Shown here: positions 55,601 through 58,168 of the stretch, piece by piece | Position numbering within the stretch: the stretch's first letter is position 1 | Layout of the letters: each line of letters opens with the position of its first letter | Assembly (NCBI GenBank): GCA_002633005.1 | Contig: NMRA01000522.1 | Coordinates: 246,645 to 304,812 of the forward strand | Direction: 5' to 3' | DNA: 58,168 nucleotides | DNA from: Phoronis australis | Taxonomy: Eukaryota > Animalia > Phoronida | The notes under the pieces: generated by a model | The model's database searches: none | What the model saw: only the letters and a program-made list of their open reading frames with translations | Told to the model about the DNA's origin: nothing | Position numbers and translations under genes: made by a program

Positions 55601-57890
55601 TCCATATGACATTATGGGGAACATTACTATATATTACAACATTGTAGGAAAACTAGATGAATATGGTATCGACTTGTACACTGTTGTAATCGTAATCATA
55701 TCAACAAGATGACAAGGATTTCAACCATGTTTCAAGCGGTACGCTCTTTATTAAAAGAGCATGACTTGTATATCTAAATTCTTATTAATTTTTCTAAGGA
55801 TGTATTTTCACACACACGCATGCACGCACACACACACTGCTATCTAATAAAGATATCAAAATCAAAGAACTCTTAAATTAAAAATTACTGCTTGTTTCAG
55901 AGAAAACTGTCATGTGACTAAAAACGTGCAGTGACACAATTTTCCAACACATACTTTTCTGTGAGCCTCCACAAGGTATCACCATGGTAACTTTGGAAAA
56001 TACCATATTTTAAAAGATATTGAAGGTGTATAAATCTGAAAATCAGATGGCTAAACATCCACCAAAGTAACTTCCAATACATAAAAAGAGCAAAGATGAT
56101 AATTCACAAGTGGCGCGTAAATAAAAATCTTACCCCAGCATTAGTATTCACAGCCGCAGATATCAGGACAACTCCATTTACTTTTGGTCTACATAAGGTA
56201 TTAATCCCATTAACTATTGAGTTTCCCAGACTAGTAAAGATGGAGGTCCAGTTACAGACGGATGAATTGTAATTTCCTGTCATGTTGTAGCGCATTTTGT
56301 AGACCTCTCTAAATAATGGGTTGGACTTGGCTAGAATGAAAATAGTGAAGAGCAAATTTGTAATCAGTGAACTTGAATGAAAGCACAATGTTACGATTAT
56401 ACACGTTGCAGAATTGTAATGTAGCTTTGCATGTCTCGGTGTAAAAAGTGAGTCAAATAAACATGATACTCTGTCATTAACAACTCTTTCTTCTTTGCGT
56501 AAACAAACAGGTTACTGGTGCAGAAACGTTTGTTATTCTACAGCTTAATTTGCATTCATCTCTATCAACTGCCCATTATTTCACTCACATTATTGAAATA
56601 TTGAGTGTTTCATTCAGAATTTTGAGTCATCCTGAAATTTGCATTGCATCATTCTTGTGAATTCGGCATGGAAAACCAATGCCTCATGGAAGCTTATGAC
56701 AGAAAGTTTTTCAATCATTCAAGTTGCAAATTTTGAACTGCACAAAAAATGGAAGAGGCAGCACTTAGATTGCGTCTTCAACAAGTTTGATGACATTTGT
56801 AGGGCAAGTCAATCTTTTTAAAACATGTAATATCTCCCATTTCAAATTAAGTGCTTAGATGCTCACCCCACTCGTTGGCTAGAGAGTGCCGATTTAACTT
56901 TCACGTCAGCAACTAGCCTTACAGTTACAGTAAATCCTTAGAACTTAGTCTGTGTACTTCAATTTCAAAATTTATGGCTGGCCAGAAAGACTCTTTTCGG
57001 TCTCAGCAGTTTAACACCCATGTATCAATAAGTGCCCACACCTCGATTTCCAGGCTTCTCCAATTTCGGCACTCAGGCCTTTATTTTTGTTAATTTGAAT
57101 GTCTAACGTATCTCAAACGAGTAAAAGAGGGCTTCTTGGCAATTATTGAAGACAACATGTGATTTTTCAAAAGTCTGTAGAGAACATATTATTGCCTTTT
57201 TCCAAACAGGTCACTTGTTTTCCAAACAAATCACTTGTTTTCTAAACAGGTCACTAGTCATTGCCAATTCATGACACAAGTGCTGCCTAACAGGTCGTAG
57301 TGACACATTACAACAGATTATTGATAAAACATGACTCTCTCTCTCTCATGATTACCAGGTCTACATCCCATATACTTTTGTACAAGATGTGGTTGTTCGG
57401 GAAAACACAAAATGCTACACATCTGCTGGGCGCCATAGAAGTGAGGCCAATTTTCCACTCGTATACTCGTTCCACTCATATTTTCAACCGTGTTTTCTCA
57501 CTTACATCTAACCCTGCTAATGCACGCAAGCCAGGCTACCCCAATATATAAAGGAGCATAATTTGGAAACCAACCTCATTACACATGATACGGTCTGACA
57601 AAGAGCACAAGTTAATACTTGTAGTAAAACCACCTTTATTCACGGAAATCACCTGGTGAACAACTGCTTGAAAGCAAACTTACGGACACACGAAGGAACG
57701 TCTGCAGCAGGAGGAGACCAGCTTCCTGCATGGTTACATGTGTATGTGATGTTTTGAGCTGCTGTCACTGTGTCACGGAAATAAAATCCCTTATTGCAGT
57801 ACATCTCACATGTGTATCCAGTAGCTGTCTCTTGACAAATCTTACCACCATTTCTTGGGGAGCGCAGGAAAGGAAGAGTGCACTCCTTCG
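1520..57890 (-). CDS. Partial multi-exon gene (52 exons in window): giant Uninflatable/SVEP1-like extracellular protein with Sushi, GCC2/GCC3, EGF, CLECT, PAN, pentraxin/LamG and HYR domains
   Basis: 52 GT-AG exons joined manually with compatible phases into a 2912-codon open frame. Domains were recognised from Cys patterns. Start and stop codons lie outside the window. Confidence 0.9.
2453..2620 (-). CDS. Exon 51: GCC repeat (type A)
   Basis: KCGPGEFI...CANGYYQ...DCK; 168 nt. Confidence 0.9.
2834..3001 (-). CDS. Exon 50: GCC repeat (type B)
   Basis: DCPAGEQV...CDQGSYRNK...DCLW; 168 nt. Confidence 0.9.
4262..4417 (-). CDS. Exon 49: GCC repeat (type A)
   Basis: [51 protein letters not shown]; 156 nt; not in ORF track. 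Confidence 0.9.
4725..4892 (-). CDS. Exon 48: GCC repeat (type B)
   Basis: DCQSGYEY...CERGFYRNK...QCSQ; 168 nt. Confidence 0.9.
4999..5172 (-). CDS. Exon 47: GCC repeat (type A)
   Basis: NCTEGEYI...[12 protein letters not shown]...NCV; 174 nt. Confidence 0.9.
5238..7230 (+). mobile_element. Two tandem or nested non-autonomous Helentron/HINE-like elements (second starts at 6263)
   Basis: Shared head ACAAGAG..AATGC..GAGC.TTGAAATG.GCCCAC.AATGC at 5238, 6263 and 20702; internal ~140-bp CCACTAG-cored subrepeats; GGACG-rich tract and hairpin near the 3' end. Family call is inference. Confidence 0.65.
7393..7557 (-). CDS. Exon 46: GCC repeat (type B)
   Basis: DCPSGTEF...CKQAYYRDK...LCNL; 165 nt. 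Confidence 0.9.
7794..7967 (-). CDS. Exon 45: GCC repeat (type A)
   Basis: NCTEGEYI...[12 protein letters not shown]...NCV; 174 nt. Confidence 0.9.
8478..8642 (-). CDS. Exon 44: GCC repeat (type B)
   Basis: DCKSGYEF...CAQAFFRDK...MCNL; 165 nt. Confidence 0.9.
9152..9331 (-). CDS. Exon 43: GCC repeat (type A)
   Basis: NCTEGEYL...[12 protein letters not shown]...SCV; 180 nt. Confidence 0.9.
9554..9718 (-). CDS. Exon 42: GCC repeat (type B)
   Basis: [24 protein letters not shown]...DCNV; 165 nt. Confidence 0.9.
9711..10118. repeat. 34-bp minisatellite x12 containing the exon 42 acceptor site
   Basis: unit acaatgcactacaataatttgtaccaaacattac; first copy overlaps the exon 42 start. Confidence 0.95.
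10269..10427 (-). CDS. Exon 41: GCC repeat (type A)
   Basis: [28 protein letters not shown]...DCI; 159 nt. Confidence 0.9.
12804..12971 (-). CDS. Exon 40: GCC repeat (type B)
   Basis: [55 protein letters not shown]; 168 nt; not in ORF track. Confidence 0.9.
14349..14667. mobile_element. MITE, ~320 bp
   Basis: Perfect 21-bp inverted repeats cctggttgcatgaaacagtcc (14352) / ggactgtttcatgcaaccagg (ends 14664); no ORF. Confidence 0.8.
14931..15092 (-). CDS. Exon 39: GCC repeat (type A)
   Basis: [24 protein letters not shown]...SCE; 162 nt. Confidence 0.9.
15373..15558 (-). CDS. Exon 38: GCC repeat (type B)
   Basis: [23 protein letters not shown]...ECTI; 186 nt. Confidence 0.88.
16126..16290 (-). 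CDS. Exon 37: GCC repeat (type A)
   Basis: ACEPGSYL...[15 protein letters not shown]...ACY; 165 nt. Confidence 0.9.
16790..17400. repeat. 112-bp tandem repeat (~5 copies) derived from the exon 36 3' end and donor site
   Basis: cttactaa donor-junction motif at 16969, 17081, 17193 and 17305 (period 112). Confidence 0.9.
17310..17471 (-). CDS. Exon 36: GCC repeat (type B)
   Basis: [23 protein letters not shown]...DCTV; 162 nt. Confidence 0.9.
17799..17960 (-). CDS. Exon 35: GCC repeat (type A)
   Basis: [24 protein letters not shown]...QCF; 162 nt. Confidence 0.9.
18394..18561 (-). CDS. Exon 34: GCC2/GCC3 repeat
   Basis: [24 protein letters not shown]...DCY; 168 nt, phase 1-1. Confidence 0.9.
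19329..19419 (-). CDS. Exon 33: linker leading into the GCC array
   Basis: [30 protein letters not shown]; phase 0-1. Confidence 0.78.
19738..19834 (-). CDS. Exon 32: linker
   Basis: [32 protein letters not shown]; tag|...|gtaagt; phase 2-0. Confidence 0.75.
20167..20428 (-). CDS. Exon 31: SEA-like linker with furin motif RRFRR
   Basis: [20 protein letters not shown]...[14 protein letters not shown]; phase 1-2. Confidence 0.82.
20701..22170 (+). mobile_element. Helentron/HINE-like element, same family as 5238-7230
   Basis: Long similarity to 6263-7230, including the head, the CCACTAG subrepeats and the GACGG...ggcataatgcgtccacat end. Confidence 0.7.
22870..23878 (-). mobile_element. Degenerate 3' fragment of a non-LTR retrotransposon (LINE), RT C-terminal region
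   Basis: [16 protein letters not shown]...[15 protein letters not shown]; IKYWFKV; [17 protein letters not shown]; frameshifted; AATAAA-bearing 3' end near 22880. Confidence 0.8.
24336..24530 (-). CDS. Exon 30: Sushi/CCP domain
   Basis: [14 protein letters not shown]...[11 protein letters not shown]...ITCGPLGLW...PSC; 195 nt. Confidence 0.9.
24772..25332. repeat. 49/52-bp minisatellite, ~11 copies
   Basis: unit ccaatgggatgctgtgttagacatccaaaaatggcacatattgag(aag)gtca. Confidence 0.93.
25333..26510 (+). mobile_element. Diverged member of the CCACTAG-subrepeat (HINE-like) family
   Basis: Recurrent aaaactgccac/ctaggtggc motifs and ccaaatttcatgaa-like segments, as in 5238-7230. Confidence 0.45.
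26745..26866 (-). CDS. Exon 29: C-type lectin-like domain 2, C-part
   Basis: [29 protein letters not shown]; phase 2-1. Confidence 0.8.
27482..27734 (-). CDS. Exon 28: C-type lectin-like domain 2, N-part
   Basis: [26 protein letters not shown]...[19 protein letters not shown]; donor position chosen to fit the phase-2 junction. Confidence 0.8.
28198..28302 (-). CDS. Exon 27: HYR domain, C-half
   Basis: [35 protein letters not shown] (HYR YTAxDxxGN..C.F pattern); not in ORF track. Confidence 0.85.
29780..30022. repeat. Degenerate ~50-bp tandem repeat, ~5 copies
   Basis: cacagacagagatgacggcag..ggacctacatagtatgcaca. Confidence 0.85.
30150..30281 (-). CDS. Exon 26: HYR domain, N-half
   Basis: [14 protein letters not shown]...TWKKPKFSD...SHVP; 132 nt. 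Confidence 0.87.
31100..31285. repeat. ~51-bp tandem repeat, ~3.6 copies
   Basis: cattggctttaagatcagggcattccatataaatga... Confidence 0.88.
31599..32138. mobile_element. 540-bp foldback MITE, nearly fully palindromic, probable TTAA target site (Kolobok-like)
   Basis: Arms pair along their whole length, e.g. aaaagtatatatttcctgaaaggagaaag vs ctttctcctttcagaaaatatatactttt; flanks ttag|ggttatcta ... tagataacc|ttaa. Confidence 0.8.
32634..32932 (-). CDS. Exon 25: pentraxin/LamG domain, part 3
   Basis: GLTLFGA...[18 protein letters not shown]...NIISGW; phase 2-1. Confidence 0.88.
33642..33887 (-). CDS. Exon 24: pentraxin/LamG domain, part 2
   Basis: [26 protein letters not shown] motif; phase 2-2. 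Confidence 0.88.
34287..34455 (-). CDS. Exon 23: pentraxin/LamG domain, part 1
   Basis: [18 protein letters not shown]...LSCSFVLRF...ILSL; phase 1-2. Confidence 0.82.
34889..35255. repeat. 21-bp minisatellite, ~17 copies
   Basis: unit cacacacttgtaca(c/a)ttaact. Confidence 0.95.
35429..35581 (-). CDS. Exon 22: EGF-like
   Basis: [51 protein letters not shown]; 153 nt. Confidence 0.88.
35900..36500 (+). mobile_element. Fragment of the CCACTAG-subrepeat (HINE-like) family
   Basis: gccactaggaggtgccacagtagtcgaa, aatcatcctcagagtagtttgg and ctttgaagatacag are shared with 5238-7230. Confidence 0.5.
37209..37325 (-). CDS. Exon 21: EGF-like
   Basis: [39 protein letters not shown]; 117 nt. Confidence 0.85.
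37520..37644 (-). CDS. Exon 20: EGF-like
   Basis: [41 protein letters not shown]; phase 2-1. Confidence 0.85.
38411..38510 (-). CDS. Exon 19: EGF-like
   Basis: [33 protein letters not shown]; phase 1-2. Confidence 0.88.
38672..38771 (-). CDS. Exon 18: Ca-binding EGF
   Basis: [33 protein letters not shown]; phase 0-1; not in ORF track. Confidence 0.88.
38966..39093 (-). CDS. Exon 17: Ca-binding EGF
   Basis: [43 protein letters not shown]; phase 1-0. Confidence 0.9.
39319..39503. repeat. 14-bp minisatellite, ~13 copies
   Basis: unit acagtggcttgacc. Confidence 0.95.
39807..40055 (-). CDS. Exon 16: two EGF-like repeats
   Basis: [13 protein letters not shown]...[25 protein letters not shown]...CSRGWN; 249 nt. 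Confidence 0.9.
40452..40673 (-). CDS. Exon 15: PAN/apple domain
   Basis: [29 protein letters not shown]; 222 nt, phase 1-1. Confidence 0.85.
41106..41321 (-). CDS. Exon 14: PAN/apple domain
   Basis: [29 protein letters not shown] (PAN CxxxC...C..FxY...C pattern); 216 nt, phase 1-1. Confidence 0.85.
41815..42400. repeat. 31-bp minisatellite, ~19 copies
   Basis: unit accacagtcaattgacatagtgtcaaagaac. Confidence 0.95.
42850..43395 (+). mobile_element. Diverged HINE-like fragment with 3' hairpin
   Basis: ggccactaggtga motif; terminal stem-loop tgcaaccacat-aa-atgtggatgca followed by an A-run. Confidence 0.4.
43494..43684 (-). CDS. Exon 13: C-type lectin-like domain 1, C-half
   Basis: ...[40 protein letters not shown]; phase 2-1. 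Confidence 0.85.
43817..43945. repeat. 32-bp minisatellite x4
   Basis: unit cacacactgagcaaacagtacacacattccaa. Confidence 0.92.
44675..44813 (-). CDS. Exon 12: C-type lectin-like domain 1, N-half
   Basis: [45 protein letters not shown]; cag|...|gtaagt; phase 1-2. Confidence 0.75.
45002..45211 (-). CDS. Exon 11: Ca-binding EGF plus truncated EGF
   Basis: [70 protein letters not shown]; 210 nt; not in ORF track. Confidence 0.88.
45568..45707 (-). CDS. Exon 10: EGF-like
   Basis: [21 protein letters not shown]...[14 protein letters not shown]; phase 2-1. Confidence 0.88.
46780..47095. repeat. 17-bp minisatellite spanning an N at 46937
   Basis: unit catgt(g/a)tctca(c/t)ccagt. Confidence 0.92.
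48055..48285. repeat. Degenerate ~21-bp minisatellite
   Basis: gtgtgctaagtccactacaat variants. Confidence 0.8.
48358..48487 (-). other. Identical second copy of exon 9, probably an assembly overlap artefact
   Basis: 48241-48506 is identical to 48508-48773, with a single N at 48507 between them. Confidence 0.75.
48625..48754 (-). CDS. Exon 9: EGF-like (identical copy at 48358-48487)
   Basis: [43 protein letters not shown]; 130 nt, phase 1-2. Confidence 0.8.
49190..49306 (-). CDS. Exon 8: EGF-like
   Basis: [39 protein letters not shown]; 117 nt. Confidence 0.88.
50169..50243 (-). CDS. Exon 7: EGF-like
   Basis: [25 protein letters not shown]; cag|...|gtgagt; 75 nt. Confidence 0.85.
50753..50917 (-). 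CDS. Exon 6: GCC2/GCC3 repeat
   Basis: [24 protein letters not shown]...DNCT; 165 nt, phase 1-1. Confidence 0.88.
51633..51794 (-). CDS. Exon 5: GCC2/GCC3 repeat
   Basis: [24 protein letters not shown]...SLCL; 162 nt, phase 1-1. Confidence 0.88.
52374..52532 (-). CDS. Exon 4: GCC2/GCC3 (Ephrin_rec_like) repeat
   Basis: [35 protein letters not shown]...ECK; 159 nt, phase 1-1. Confidence 0.9.
53024..53272. repeat. 54-bp minisatellite, ~4.6 copies
   Basis: tgcaacagaccatcaatactaggacacaagctacaggtagtctgtttgtgc... Confidence 0.92.
53733..54534. mobile_element. ~800-bp non-autonomous DNA transposon inserted at a TA within a 12-bp (tacattgtgttg)n array
   Basis: cctaaagtcgtgaa at 53744 and 53941, with inverted copies tcacgactttagg at 54494 and 54511; the same 12-bp array lies on both flanks. 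Confidence 0.7.
54745..54955. repeat. 41-bp minisatellite x5
   Basis: unit cactgggcttgtgtgctgaaggctacctgtacccacccata. Confidence 0.93.
55228..55513 (-). CDS. Exon 3: SEA-like linker, part 2 (alternative acceptor at 55510)
   Basis: (K)[12 protein letters not shown]...[18 protein letters not shown]; TAGAAG acceptor, gtaagt donor; phase 0-1. Confidence 0.8.
56134..56330 (-). CDS. Exon 2: SEA-like linker, part 1
   Basis: [18 protein letters not shown]...NTNAG; tag|...|gtaag; phase 1-0. Confidence 0.75.
57684..57890 (-). CDS. Exon 1 (in window): Sushi/CCP domain
   Basis: [18 protein letters not shown]...CEMYCNKGF...[20 protein letters not shown]; tag|...|gtaagt; 207 nt, phase 1-1; missed by the ORF track. 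Confidence 0.85.
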
Positions 57891-58168
57891 CTACAATGAA
57901 AAATCACTAGAGGTTGTCTGAATAGCATCAATTGAAAATAAAATAATAAGAAATGATACAGAATATAAACTCTAAATTGTCAAATTATAGATTCGCAACC
58001 TACAACGCAAATCCGAAACTTGTGCTGTCATAATACATTTGGATTCTACTTACGTTTCACTAGAACATCCAGTCTACACTGAGCCTCATTATCACTATCA
58101 TCTCGAGCTGTAACTACAGCTGAATACATCATGTTGGCATTTGATATGTTGACTGAAGCTGGCACATC

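Overview
This is AT-rich eukaryotic genomic DNA, probably from a marine invertebrate or lophotrochozoan (inference). Almost the whole window is the interior of one large minus-strand gene. I reconstructed 52 GT-AG exons by hand between 57890 and 1520. They total 8736 nt (2912 codons), splice phases match at every junction, there is no in-frame stop, and both gene ends lie outside the window. Domain order, N to C: Sushi/CCP, SEA-like linker, 3 GCC2/GCC3 (Ephrin_rec_like) repeats, 5 EGF plus 1 truncated EGF, C-type lectin-like, 2 PAN/apple, 8 EGF, pentraxin/LamG, HYR, C-type lectin-like, Sushi, SEA-like linker with an RRFRR furin motif, then at least 19 GCC2/GCC3 repeats. This resembles the C-terminal half of Uninflatable/SVEP1-type giant surface proteins, with extra lectin and PAN modules and a much larger GCC array. 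Each GCC repeat is a symmetric phase 1-1 exon, and two exon types alternate strictly. Introns hold many minisatellites (several copied from the gene's own exon edges and splice sites), Helentron/HINE-like elements rich in CTCF-like motifs, MITEs and a LINE fragment. One exon is duplicated across an N, probably an assembly artefact. There is no prokaryotic system or CRISPR array.
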